Shown here in pieces: positions 50,951 to 63,460 of a stretch of DNA of 64,000 bases (positions within the stretch are counted from its first letter, which is position 1; every line of letters starts with the position of its first letter). Made by a program: the position numbers and the translations under genes. Below the pieces are notes generated by a model. That model saw only the letters and a list, made by a program, of their open reading frames with translations, had not been told where the DNA came from and searched no databases. This DNA comes from Glaucostegus cemiculus (Eukaryota): contig CDPCPM010000231.1 in the NCBI GenBank assembly GCA_976551045.1, positions 3,596,001 to 3,660,000 on the forward strand, read 5' to 3'.

Positions 50951-52754
50951 GAAAAAGCTGAAGATGGTTTTTCCAAGTTCTTTGAGGTGTGTATATATGG
51001 TAGTCTTAGTTATGGTACAGAATGTTGTCCAAAGATCAGGATCAAATATGACAACAAAGTTGTGGAAAAATGTGTTCAGTTTCAGAAACTTGCTGGGCAA
51101 GATAATGGAGAAAATAGCTTGGGAGAGGAGGGGGAGGTTTTGTAGTCCCAAAGCTAAAGATTTTGATATCTCAAATATTTTTATGAAATATTTCTTCTCA
51201 TCCAATGTTGGTTGTCAGAGAAACAGTTTAGTGACAGTGAAAGGGTTGACAGGTGGTGGTGAAATAGAGATGAGAGCTGAGTGTTATCAGCTTGTGTGTG
51301 TATATATTTAAAAAAAACAAGGTTGTCTACTTTTGTATATGCCCAAGTAATATATTTGATATCAAGTAAGCCTTATCTTTGAATCGTTTCTTAATGTTGT
51401 GCATGCTATGATCTGTGTATTCATATAATTTACAAATATTATCATTCTTGCTGATGGGGAATTTTATTATACAGTTCAGGAAGAAGAGGGAAAACAATGG
51501 TCTCTGTTGTGTTAGCTGATTCCAGACCATGTTTGTATAGTGTCTTGGAGAAGAGAGAATGGCCAAGGTTGATGTTTTGAGTTCTCAAGATTTTTTTATG
51601 GAAATACATGCAATAAGACGAGAACGCTCCTTATTGAATTCTGATTGCCAGTGGTCAATTTGTTGAAAGCTCACCTGTTAACACCATGCTAGTACAAAGC
51701 ATTGATGGACTGCTTATGCAACAGTAACCTATCAGATATTAATACCCAGGTTGTTAGAAATCAGAACCTAAAAAGACCTATTCTACCTTCCAGTGTTAAC
51801 TTTTCAACTGGATCTTTCTTCTCATTCCCATTTCCTATATTTCCCTGATAAAGGCAAAAAGCACACTTTTTTAACCTATTTTTATACATTACAAACATTG
51901 CTTTCCATTTTGAAACTTTGATTTTATAATTTCATTCTGCAGCCAAAAGGTGAAGGAGGTGACACACTTTGGATAGAATAAGGCACAAAATACACAGCAT
52001 AATGTATATTTTTAAGGGTTTGCAGATTATCTGCTTTCTCTCGCCATGATCGCACAAATCTGTTGATTGTTATTCAACACCATTTCAAGTAGCACTCTTG
52101 GATTGGACAACCTCTCCAAAGAAGGGGCAAAGGAACTACCTAGTGGGGGTCTAAGTGCTGCATCATCAGAAGCCACATACAAGCAAAATACGGCCATTAG
52201 TTGATTATTTTTAGTTAAGACAATCCGTGATTTTTTATGGTAAGGCACTAACATCTCGAGGGGAATAAAAGAGAAGAGTTACAGAATGTTGGTACATGTA
52301 GAGCGGAAAGATGGTATAATTTGCCAGATTACATTGCAAAGCAATACATTCTATGGAGTAGCACTGAATTTACAACATTAAACTATAGAATAACAGAAAT
52401 CTCAAAGTTGTTATCACAGTGATAGACTGATAGTTTTGGAGTTAAACTAACTGCAAAATCTGAGCCAGTAAATCATAAATGCTTTATATCCATGAAATAA
52501 ATGTATTCACTTTTTAAAAAATACTCTTCTTCTCTTATTGACATCTTGAGAAAATCTAACTTGCTATAGTCAAAGCTACCTCTGACATGTTTGATACTAA
52601 GAAATGACTAGCCCTAGTGTATGTACGCTCCTCACCATCTTCAGGCCCTTTTTGATGAACTGACCAGGAGTTGGCATCCACTGTCAGACTAAAGTATTGA
52701 AATGGACTTCCCACCAGGATGGGACAGTACCCACCTTATCAAAAGCATTGCAAA

Positions 52755-52910
52755 CTTTTTCTACAGGCCAAAGTGTTTGAGGGATAGAATTGGAAGTGGT
52801 ACATGAATAGGAAAGGTTGAGAGGGATATGGGCCAAACGCAGGGAAGTAAGACTAGCTCAGGTAGTTGGGCTGAAGGGCCTGTTTCCATGCTATATAACT
52901 CTGACTCTGT
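52755..52910 (+). mobile_element. CR1-type 3' tail
   Basis: ggtacatgaataggaaaggttgagagggatatgggccaaacgcaggg...gttgggctgaagggcctgtttccatgctatataactct. Confidence 0.75.
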
Positions 52911-52953
52911 GGTTGTAAATTAACCAATAGAATGAATTTTGTGTTGGTTTCAG

Positions 52954-53155
52954 GAAACAAAGATTGGATATTGGAGCCCCTCTCCTTGCCAGAGCCAATT
53001 TGTAATGCTGTTCAAGAGTCAACCTCCTCACTGCTACCTTGCATATTTTGTGAAGAATGTTATCCTGCAGAAGAGAAGGAAAACTTGCTCAGGCACATGA
53101 TTCTTGAACACAAACTGGTGATATCTGATGTGAAACTCATCGTAGATTTTAGAAG
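52954..53155 (+). CDS. ZNF277: ZNF277 coding exon 2
   Basis: tttcag| (G)NKDWILEPLSLPEPICNAVQESTSSLLPCIFCEECYPAEEKENLLRHMILEHKLVISDVKLIVDFR AG|gtctga. Matches human DCILEPLSLPE...PCIFCEE...KHMIIEHKIVIADVKLVADFQR. Confidence 0.95.
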
Positions 53156-55294
53156 GTCTGATGGTTTTGCTTTTATTCTAACTGTTAGGCTATCTCAGCT
53201 TTTGCATTGTGAATTATTGTAATAGGGATGAAAAGGCTTTTTTGCAAGTATATTAAAAAAAATTAAAGCATGCAAGTATATTAAAGTAAATCTTGTGGAG
53301 TTCACTTCTGAATTATACAAGAAAGTGAGGCTGAAAATGTTCCCCTTTTGTATGCTGTCATGGCTTTTGTGTAACTATCAGGGTATTCTATCTGTACCAA
53401 AAAATCTTTCTAAATGAGAAAAAATAATAAAATTGTGTGTTCAGTTTTGGTAAGAAATTGAGCCTGAAAAAGTCAAAATCAAAATTCACATGAATATCCC
53501 CACACAGTGCTTCTATCATAATATAATACTTTTCTACTGATGCAAGTAGATTTCTTTTAATAAATCATTCCATATGATGGGATAAACATTTACTAACGTG
53601 CAGCATTTTAAAATTTCTCCTGACTATACTAACAGAAAAGAACTAGCAATTTGTGTGGTCAAGTTGGTCATATTACAGGAGCTCAGCAGTAGTGAGGTAT
53701 TTCATCATTTTTTTTTCTCTCAGTTGACAATTTGGATTTTTTAAGTGGGAATAAAAGAAAAATGCTGATTGCAAATTTGCAAAAAAAGAATTGAAAAGTA
53801 GAGCACATTGCTCTGTGGATAAAATTGGTAATTTGCATTGGCCTGGTGCAAATATGTTTTATAGCCTCAAAAAAAAATGCAGTTAATCTCTTGTATGTCA
53901 AAATAGCATTTCCTTTCCCAAAGTTATTTGCAATTCTGATCAATGCATTATTATTACGCAAGTGGCAGTTTTATTTCTTGTGCCAATTTATAGGTGCAAT
54001 GTGCATGAGATAGCTAGTTCCATTATTTAGACTTCTAGAAATTGATTTAAACAACAACATAACATACAAGCACTTCCATGAAACAATTCAGATGGAACAG
54101 GTTCAGGATGATTATAAGTAAAAGGAACAGTAATTGAAGTTTCACTACATGATCAGGTATTGTGAATGCTACAGGGATTGCTTATCAACTCACTTAATAG
54201 TTGTCCCTTTGCTGTACAACAGCAGAATATGACATCTTGACAGCTCTCTTCTATTGTGGATTTTCTACTTCCTTAATTCATTCATTTTATCAATCAGACT
54301 AAAATGTTAAACCAGATTTAAATGTTGCACAGAGGGCAAAATAAAAATTGGGAAGGGAAGATAGCTTTTTGTTTTAAATCTGGAACACAAATTGCAAAAC
54401 ACCATATTTATTAAATTATTTTCACAAATGTTTGGCAGTAATTATGATAGCTCACAGTATTATAATGGATTACTGAGTAACTACAATAACTTCAAGCTGC
54501 TGCATAGATTCCAATGCTGCAACTGTTAACAAGGCACTGTTCTAGTCTAGTCAAGTGGAAGGATAGTGTATGATGCACCAAAACTTCAGGTTTCCAATTT
54601 TCTAGAAGTTGTTGTCCAATTTAATCTTTATTGATGATAGGCAGTGTTATTCTTTCCAATAATGCAAAATCTAGGCCTTGACCTTGAGTTTTTCTAGTTT
54701 TATCTGCTTTTGCTATCGTCACTATATCAGCTATCAAGGATTTATCAGATTTGGCATTGTAAATTTATAAAGAAAACTGTTGGCATAATTTGCTTACACT
54801 GTCTATTGCTTATCCTGTTGCTGCATTGTGCATTACTCAGCTAGCACATCATGTTTGAGACGTGCACAGATACCATCACAAAATATCAGAGACTCTATTA
54901 AGTACATCTTATCTTAATTCCTGATTAAAGTTAGCAATGATATTTGTCATATTTAAGCCATTCTAAGCTGTATGTGCATGACTTGCTGTACCTAATTAGA
55001 TTTTATTTAAGTATTGATGTAAATGAGGGAGAAATAATAAAGAAAAATGTGGCAATTGTAGCAAATAAATTTATCCTTGAACAGTGATTATAATAGTGGA
55101 GAAAAATTGAAATTGTCTAAATATGTCATTAAATAAAATGATTGCTGTATTGAGCAATAGATTTTTTTCAAAGAGCTCCAGTGGGATGGTAAACAAAGTG
55201 GTTAGTTTCCACAACTGAAAGAAATACTGTTAAGTAATTTATTGAAGGAAAACAAAGACTGTCCAGTCTCCCATATTTGACAAGTGGAAGCAGT

Positions 55295-55565
55295 GTATAT
55301 TAAAACCTGATAATCTACTATTCGATAATTCAGATATCCTGATAGTTCTGAATCTGGCTCCCCGTAAATTCACCGGGGCTGTGTTTCCCATCCTCCCTTT
55401 AAATTTACTGGGTTCACTAGAAAATTTATTGTACTACTGCCTAACATGTAAAATAAAATTAATTGAAATTGCATAGGGATGTTAAGGGGAGTAACGTCCG
55501 ATAATCTGAAATATCTGCCACCATCAAAGTCCTGAGCATGCTGCATTTTGGAAGCTATGCTATAA
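55295..55565. mobile_element. Tigger/pogo-like MITE (degenerate)
   Basis: Left end taaaacctgataatc...cgataattcagatatcctgatagttc and right end gtccgataatctgaaatatc...gtcctgagcatgctgcattttggaagctatgctata resemble decayed TIR-bounded pogo-type MITEs. Confidence 0.45.
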
Positions 55566-56024
55566 TGAGCCTTTAATAAAATATAGCCCTTTTTATGACT
55601 TCAATGAAGTGACTGCATTTTATCTAAGGCAGAGGGAGTGATCAGGTACAGGTAGCTTCAGATAAGTAATGAGAATGAGATAAATGACACAGTAAAGAAG
55701 TAATTTAAAAACAAGACACTTAAGAGAGGAATAAAATGGGCAAAATGTTTTTAATTAAATTTTCATCATTGACAAAGTGTTAACACTTGTAATTGACCTT
55801 AAGGAAAACTGTCTACATCTGTGGCATGAGTTTAACCTTTCCACAGTTAGTTGGTGTCAGGCATCAAATCCAGAGCCATGAAGTCTAACTGGCTGAGCAG
55901 CCCATCGCATTTTTTTTAAAACTCACACAGCAATCTAGGAAGAAAAAGTAGTGTGTTAATTTAAGTGGCAAGAAAATACCAGTTCATGTAAGTGTGACTT
56001 GTATCTTGTTTTGTCTGTTTTAAG

Positions 56025-56113
56025 GTACATCTTGTATTGGAAGAAAAGGTTTACTGAGCAACCAATAACAGACTTCTGTAGTGTAATAAGAACCAACTCC
56101 CAAGCTCCTGAGG
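56025..56113 (+). CDS. ZNF277: ZNF277 coding exon 3
   Basis: ttttaag| (R)YILYWKKRFTEQPITDFCSVIRTNSQAPE G|gtaaga. Near-identical to the human segment; splice phases are consistent with exons 2 and 4. Confidence 0.96.
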
Positions 56114-56287
56114 GTAAGATGTTGTTGACTAAGGAGTAATTAATTCCCAATTTAAATTGAATTATAGCTGCTTATAATAGGTTACAAATGTGGTGAACAA
56201 AGGGTGAAACAGGGTGATTAAAAATGCCAAATAAGAATTTTAAAATAAGTTTGCAAAGAACATTAACAGCTGATAATGTTTTAATAG

Positions 56288-56370
56288 AGGAACAAGCAGA
56301 CTACTACCTTCTATGCGATGTTTTACCTGAAGATCGAGTACTTAGAGAGCAGCTTCAGCAAAAAAGACTT
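56288..56370 (+). CDS. ZNF277: ZNF277 coding exon 4
   Basis: ttaatag| (E)EQADYYLLCDVLPEDRVLREQLQQKRL |gtaagt. Matches human EEQENYFLLCDVLPEDRILREELQKQRL. Exon 5 was not recognised before 64000. Confidence 0.96.
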
Positions 56371-57349
56371 GTAAGTGTTCATGATGAAAAATGATTATAC
56401 ATTCAGAATTGTCAAAAATGTTGTTTAATTGACTGATATGTATGAATATAGTCAAGGATCTTGTTTTAAACAGCTCTTGATAATGGTTGTAAGACTTAAG
56501 GTGTTTATTTCTTCTGGGTAATGAGTCTAATCCAGCTGAGTACATCATTGTATTTCTTATTCTAATTTAAAAGCTGTATTCTGTTTGTTAAATTTATGAG
56601 AACATTTTATACTTAAAACACAAGGTACGATGTGGCATTCAGAAATCTTTCAATGCCTTTTGAAAGTTAAAACCTCAAGTATCTAAATTCAGTGTAACTT
56701 TCAGCATAGACATTCACAAAATATGGCAAGTTGGGCTGTGTTACAGCTATTATTGAAATCCAAGATATTCAGAAAACAGAAAAAATCCACGTCAGAATGA
56801 AAATGCATTGCTAGAATTATTCTATTAAAGGTAACCATTGAAACATACTTAAAGTTATGGGATTCGACTGGACTTTGCAGCAAATAGATTATGACTGACT
56901 GCTTTTTGTTTTTAAGTTGCTTAAAAGGAAATCATTGTTTGTAATGTACAATATAGTTATGTGATTCAGACTAGCACCTAGTCATTACAGCAAAACTTGT
57001 ATTCTTGGAGTACATTTTACTTTCCATCAGTACAGTTATCAAAACAGGGCTAACGCCATGAACTATTATGGAGAATTCTTCCTTATATGCCTGGATGTAG
57101 TTCCTGTTATACAGTTTTATTCAATGATTTTTAATTAATCTGCCAGTCTCTGACTGAAATTTAAACAAGCTTATGCAAGCAGAGTGCAATCTATTTTTAT
57201 GCAATCTATTTTTATGAAGATTATCTGGGAAAGAAAAGAGATCTGAATTTCAGCTCAAATCTGTGTTGATATTGGCCAGCAGTCTGATTTGGGGAGAGAA
57301 CAGTTGAGATGGAAATATGCATATCATTTGGATGGGGGTCAACAGTGAG

Positions 57350-57556
57350 TAAATAAAAATCAAAAAGCTACAGATGCTGGAACTCATCTATGAAAATAGA
57401 AAATGCAGATAGCATTCAACAAGTCAGGCAGCATCTGTGGAAGGAGAAACAGAATTAGACGGAGGTTCTTCAGTCTGAAATGTTGAATCTTTCTCTTACT
57501 ACAGATGCTAGCTTACCCACAGAGCGCTTCCAGCATTTTCTATTTCTACGTCAGCT
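57350..57556. mobile_element. Inverted pair of Penelope-derived elements
   Basis: Left arm aagtcaggcagcatctgtggaaggagaaacagaatt; right arm ctgaaatgttgaatctttctcttactacagatgcta...cttccagcattttctattt. The arms are mutually complementary. Confidence 0.7.
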
Positions 57557-58954
57557 GGGGTGCCTGTTTGACCATCGGGTCATCTTGGTTGTTTCGATTC
57601 AATTCTGTAGCCACCTGTATGAGGTGGCAAAGGATGGCTCGATTCTTTGCTCTCCCACTCCAGCATTCGTCATTGTCTTCGGCCAAAAAATAAAGAAATG
57701 TGCCAGCAATTGGAGAGACTAAATGTGACTGTCTTTCTTTCAGTGAACTTCACTATTATTCCTTTAGTGTCTTCTTGATAAAGAAACAACCTATCATGAT
57801 GTAAAGAAATGCCTTGGTTTATTAAAAATGCTATAGGGGAAAATGTGGTCAGAATCATTAAAGATAAAATCTAGTGGAAAAAAATTAAAATATAGTTTTT
57901 GAATAGATTGAAAAAATGTTTCGGTCTCCATGGACACTACCAGGGAGTTAAAACCAAAATTATGCCCAAATCAGCAATTGAGGACTGTGGACCAGTTTAG
58001 TACTGTTTGTCATACATGCAGTTCATGGACAACTGAATGTAACCATCTATGTACAAATCGTATCTGGAACTCTCCGCTTGACTTCCTTCTTCTGGTTCTT
58101 TCTTGTAGGTAACATCACTTCCCTACACATCTGTTTTCAGTTAGTGACCTGTAAACTACAATCATTCCCTCTGCACAAAAGCTTATTCAATCCACCTGAC
58201 CATCATGATGCCCTCAGTGGCAAAGCCGACTTGACTAGGATGTGTCTGCAGATAACCTTTAGAACAAGGAATGTGAAACAGCTGATGAAGAACAAATTCC
58301 TCTGATTCACCCTATGGATAGTGTATGCTGAGGTTGGGTTTGCAGTTAACCTTCACTTCAGGGTTCTTTCAAATAACACATTCTATAAAGCTTGTGGAAA
58401 GGTGGAGACATCATTGCATAATGTCTAGAATTGCCTTTTCTCCAAACTCTGGCTTGGTTCAACAACTCTGATCTCAGCAAATGTGGAATCCATTCCTTGA
58501 TTTTTGTAGGTTTTCATTAACTTAATTTAAAATATAAACATTTATTGAGTTAGACTTTCACAAACGTTCCATTTTAATGGTGCTTTTGGCAACAAATGGG
58601 CCTGTGGACAGTCAAAGCTGCTTTCTTGTTGCAACCAGCTACATGTGCTGAGTGAATCCTGCACTGATCTGAGCACCAACCTCCCAGATGATTGTATCTA
58701 GAACCACAGTGAAAAGAACCATCATGGTCCAGGGCACAGGTGACAGATGATCTTGGGCAGTGCAAAATGTGCCTCATCATTTATCCAAGCTACTTCAGAG
58801 GAATTTGTTTTTCACTTCAATTGATTCCCATTCCACTTTCTATAGGAGATCTGCAGATGTAGCCTGATGAAATGGTCTGCAGCACAAAGGGCACCATGAT
58901 GGGCAACATGGATTGTACGTGTTGTACAGAGATAGGTTGGTTACAGCTTGCAAG

Positions 58955-59292
58955 TGTTATTACGACACAGAAGGAAGCTATTCTGCCAGTCAGATCTATG
59001 CCAGTTCTCATGAGTCCTGTTCCCCCTCCCGATTTCCCTGTAATTTCGAAACTTATTTTCTTCCTTGTCTCTATTATGTTCCCTTTTATTCTTTCCCCAC
59101 TTACCTACACTAAGGGGTAATGTACAGTAGCCAATTAAAATATCAGTAAGTTAAAGAAAATCATTTGGGATGTGAGAGAAAACAGAGTATGCAGCCGAAT
59201 CTCAACCAGTCATCACAACAAAACCACTTGGGGTCGGGATCCAACCTAGGTCCCTGGAGACGTGGGTCAGCAGCATTAACTGTTGTGTCATA
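58955..59292 (-). mobile_element. HE1-like V-SINE
   Basis: Reverse of a tRNA-like head (tgacacaacagttaatgctgctg...tccagggacctaggttggatcccgacc), a V-core (ttggctactgtacattaccccttagtgtagg) and a CR1-type tail. Confidence 0.75.
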
Positions 59293-60599
59293 AGTGAAAG
59301 CAGATGTGTGAGGGAGAAATATTGGGGAGGGAGGTTAGGTGCATGGCCGCGTGTTTGAGATTGAGCTGTGTTGTGAATCTGCGGTGTTATCCCTAAACTA
59401 TTTTTAATGTACTTTAATCTGCATTTGTACTAAGAAACACTTGAAAGTAAGAAATTTATTAGGGAGCCATCGGTAGTTAATATTGTTGTCAAATATATGC
59501 AGTTTGTTCTTCTGATATCAGGAGCTGAATAAGAATTCTATTTGACTTGTATCTATCTTGTCTATTTTTGTTCTGCCCAAGTTTTTTGTTGAATGAATGC
59601 GTTTTTAAGGAATTTAAGTAAAAGATGAAAAGTTCAAGGCAGTCAATAGTGAAATAGGATAATGTGCTACATCCCAGACTGGGATGATGTAGGATTGTGC
59701 CTATACTGGAGATGCATTTCTTGTCACCAAACGTCTTTACCAGATGACATGCAGGATGCATCCAATTGTTTTTCCTTATAGTTATTTACATTATAGGTTT
59801 GTAAGTACTTGAAACTATGTCACTGTTTCACTATTTGTAATTGAACTGATGTTTGGTCTGGTGTATACATAAAACCCTTTTAAACAAAATATGCCGTAAT
59901 TCTCCCTTAGTTTCAACAGTACTTCAGTTTCTGAAGAAAATCTTGATTTACTGTAGGCGTCACTGTAGCAGTTCAAATTTAGTCTATGGAAATGAAACTT
60001 TCCTTCAATGGAAAATCTGAAGAGTTTCACTAAAATACGTTATTGCCAATAAATCTCACTTGTGTAGAAGATTAACCCTGCCCCATCTCTATTTGGGGAC
60101 TTCAAACTTAGGAGATCAGTCAGATGCTGGGAGAGTAGAGGCCATTCTGAGAGTGGCAGTATTTACCTAAATCCTGTTTTTATGGTATTTCTACCTATTT
60201 AGAAGCTTGGTCTTAATGAATGTGTAAGCTTAATAGGAATTATTTTTCATTTGTAATGCCCTCCTATATCTGCATGTTTTCAAAAAAAAACCAAAGTGGA
60301 AATCATTTTGTTGGAATATTCAGGAAAGTTGGATTCTAGTGCTCTTGAATTTTTTTTAAATGGAGAGTTCCATTCCTTTGAACTATCCATAACCCAAACA
60401 GTTTGCAAGTTGGAAATACACCCACAGTGTTCCCACCAAGCAGAAGATGCCTGAAGCCCTGTAGCAGCCAGCAAATTCATCCCACCAGACTCCCGGATGT
60501 AAAGTTCATTCATAGGTCCTGGCTGTACACAAGTTGGTTGTTCATACGCTAGGGAGGACCTGTAGTAATAAGTAAGAATCAACATAGAAGTGCTAATGA

Positions 60600-61085
60600 A
60601 AAGCAGCACAGAACAGATCCATGGCCCATCCAGTCAATGCCGTCTTGTATAATCCACTCAATCTTCTTTTTCATCTAAATCTATCAGCACTGACCCTCTA
60701 TTCCCTTCTCCTTCCCATTTGTCCCCTTTAATACATCTATACTATGTATTATGGTAGTGAGTTACACCTTCCCATCAGTGCTTGGATGGAGGGTTTTTTT
60801 CTGAATTCCCTATTAGATTTCTTGGTAACTATCTTGTATTGATGGCCTCTGGTTATGCTTTTTCCCACAAGCGGAAGCATTCTCTCTATTCACTCAGAAC
60901 TTTTCATCATCTTCAATACCTCTGTCAGGTCACCCTTCAACCACTTTTCTCAGGAGAAAAGAGAACCTGTTTTCCATGCTTTCCTGATGTGTTTATCTTT
61001 GCATTTCTGGTATTATTCTTGTCAATCTCTGCACTCTCTCTCTTGCCTGTAACTGTTTATCCATTGCCTATCCTTTCCCAGGTAC
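60600..61085 (-). mobile_element. Degraded CR1 3' end
   Basis: agcacagaacagatccatggcccatccagtcaatgcc...tcttcaatacctctgtcaggtcacccttcaaccacttttctc (reverse of the CR1 LRGDL.EV terminus). Confidence 0.65.
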
Positions 61086-61742
61086 ACATTAAAACAAAAT
61101 AATGATTTGCTATTTCCCTGTCAATAACTGTGGTTTTGTTCTATCCCTCCATTTAGAGCCCTATTCCCACCCCATTATTTATTGATGTGTCTGCAAAACA
61201 TTTTGCTATTTGGTTTGATGTTCCATAAAATATAAACAGCAGGTTGTAACTTCTGTTTAATTAAGAAAATTTCAAGCACAGTAGGCCATGAGGCCCATGC
61301 AGGCCAAAGAAGAGTCATTTAGATCAAGTGCATCTTTTATAATACAGCACAATACAATACAAGCTGTTTGGCCCACCATTTATGGTAGACTCTGCACTCA
61401 TTGGGATATTTTTCTTTACATGTGATGAGGTTTTCAATATTCACCACTCTTTAGGCAGTGTTTTTCAGATCCCCATGGTGATCTTTTTCCCCCTACTGAA
61501 ATCTTTATCAGTCCTATTGTTTGTTACCTTAAATCCTTGGTGCTCTTATTAGAATAGATGAGTATTTTAAAAAAAAAACACACAACCATAATCCTCCAGC
61601 TGGAAACATTTCTAGAGATTCGACTGACTTTCTGATCACATGATATTTATCTTAAAAGTGTTGGTTGCACTGCAACTCATCTCAAAGCTACAGCATTTGG
61701 AGATGGTTGTAAGAGTCATGTTAAAATGTACTGGAACACGTT

Positions 61743-61826
61743 AAGTTACTGATTCTTACACTTACATTTTAAAATGATACAAAATGCAGCTTTAATTTAA
61801 AATGTAAGTGTAAGAATCAGTAACTT
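61743..61826. repeat. Perfect 31-bp inverted repeat with 22-nt spacer
   Basis: aagttactgattcttacacttacattttaaa (61743-61773) is the exact reverse complement of 61796-61826. Confidence 0.97.
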
Positions 61827-62079
61827 GGGTTTTTTTAACAATGAGGCATTCCAATGAAACATTGCAAAATAGCAATTTCTCAATAAAATTGTTTATGTCT
61901 AACACAGAATAACAGGAATTTCCTGTTATCCATTAGTTTTTGGACCTGACGTTTGTGGTCTGATTTATAATCACATGCACCAATGTGGATAGGCAATGGA
62001 AATGTAAAAACATAACTCACAAAAACATGAGTTTTTCATTAGTATCTTGAACTTTCCAAATACTATAAATAAAATACAG

Positions 62080-62465
62080 GAAGCATTTACTACTTTTATG
62101 GCATTGTCAGTGCCCTTTTCAGGATGTCCTAAAGCATTTTACAGCAAATGGACTACTTCTGGAATATAGTAGTGTTATTATGTAGGAAATACAACAGCTA
62201 ATTTGCACATGCAAGCACTAGGACTAGATTATTTGTTCTCATGCAGTTAATTTAGGGATAAATATTGGCTGACAATGGGCATAACTTCCTTGCTTTTCTT
62301 AGAAATATTGCATAGGACTTTGGTATCCACCTGAGAAAGCCAGTAAAACCTCAGTATTATACTTGTTTTTTAGCCTAGGTTGTTATGCTCAATTTGTTTT
62401 GGGAGATGTTGAATGTCCTTGCAACCTTTTCACTCAAAGGTGGGCGTGTCACCTACTGACCTACA
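62080..62465 (-). mobile_element. SacSINE1/DeuSINE-like SINE
   Basis: caggatgtcctaaagcattttacagcaaatg...tgtaggaaatacaacagctaatttgcaca...agggataaatattggc...tccacctgagaaagc matches the recalled reverse SacSINE1 consensus. Further fragments lie at ~62735-62975 and ~42125-42260. Confidence 0.75.
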
Positions 62466-63309
62466 GATGACATAGCTGCATGTCCAAAAAGCAGGCATTT
62501 ATATAGCACCTTATGATACACCCAAGAGGTGCTTGTTGCAATGTACTTACTGCTGTTATTATTATTAAGTGAACATAGCAGCTTGTCTACTAATTCTGAT
62601 ATTACTATGAAAAAGTAGGAGGCCCTTTGGCCCATCTAGTCTAGGCCAATGTTCAGTACAGTCCCTTCAATCCCACCCCGCCCCACTCTTTTCCTATTTA
62701 AAAACTCTCTCATTGGAAATAATTGAATATTTAAAGGGTATGTAATGTGGTCTGAGGGAATCATTACTGGCCAGAGCAACAAGAACAACTTTGCTTTACT
62801 CTGGATTCTTCTATTGCCAACCAACAGTGTATATTTTACATCTCATCAAGAAAAGTACTTGAGGCAATGCTGCACCCTCTCAGAATTGAATTGAATTAGT
62901 GCTAGAGTACTCTGCTTTTGAACAGTAGATCATGACCATTCTGATACTAGGGACAAAGGAAGTGGGGGTTGGATAACCAATAATGTAACCCTGTTTCTAA
63001 GCAGTGCCCACTTTTTGTGTGGGATAGTTCAATAACCCCCAATTCTCTTTCATGACTCTGTGCTCGGTTAGCATGAAAATGTCAGGTGGGGTCAGCTAAC
63101 TTATTTTTAATTAACTTCACTTATTTCACCTTAGATCTACTGGTAACTAAGTGAGCATAATGATTGCAACTTTGCCATTTAGGCTGACAGGCAGATTCTG
63201 TTGGACTATTTAGTCATTGACATTATCTTCAGAACTAAATCTTTTGATTTGGTTTGAATTTTAAACAAAGGTGAACTGTAGTTATAAAGATTTGTAATAT
63301 CTAGTATAA

Positions 63310-63460
63310 TGGAGATGTAAGAGACTGCCGATGCTGGAATATGGAGCAACAGGCAAACAATCTGCCTAAAAAAATCAGCAGGTCGAGCACCATCAGTGGG
63401 GGCGGGGGAGTGTTGGGGCAGGAGGAGTGGAAAGAATTGTCAGTGTTTAATATCTGGTTT
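63310..63460 (-). mobile_element. Penelope-derived short element tail
   Basis: agagactgccgatgctggaatatggagcaac...aacaatctgc...tcagcaggtcgagcaccatc is the reverse of the tail at 44735-44803. Confidence 0.7.

Noticed and set aside
52932-53222. 96-aa ORF as a standalone gene
   Set aside because: It is ZNF277 exon 2 with read-through into the flanking introns.
57185-57216. Short tandem duplications (also ~8412-8441, ~23320-23358, ~53243-53286)
   Set aside because: Isolated two-copy slippage duplications; no array or spacer structure, and not CRISPR-like.
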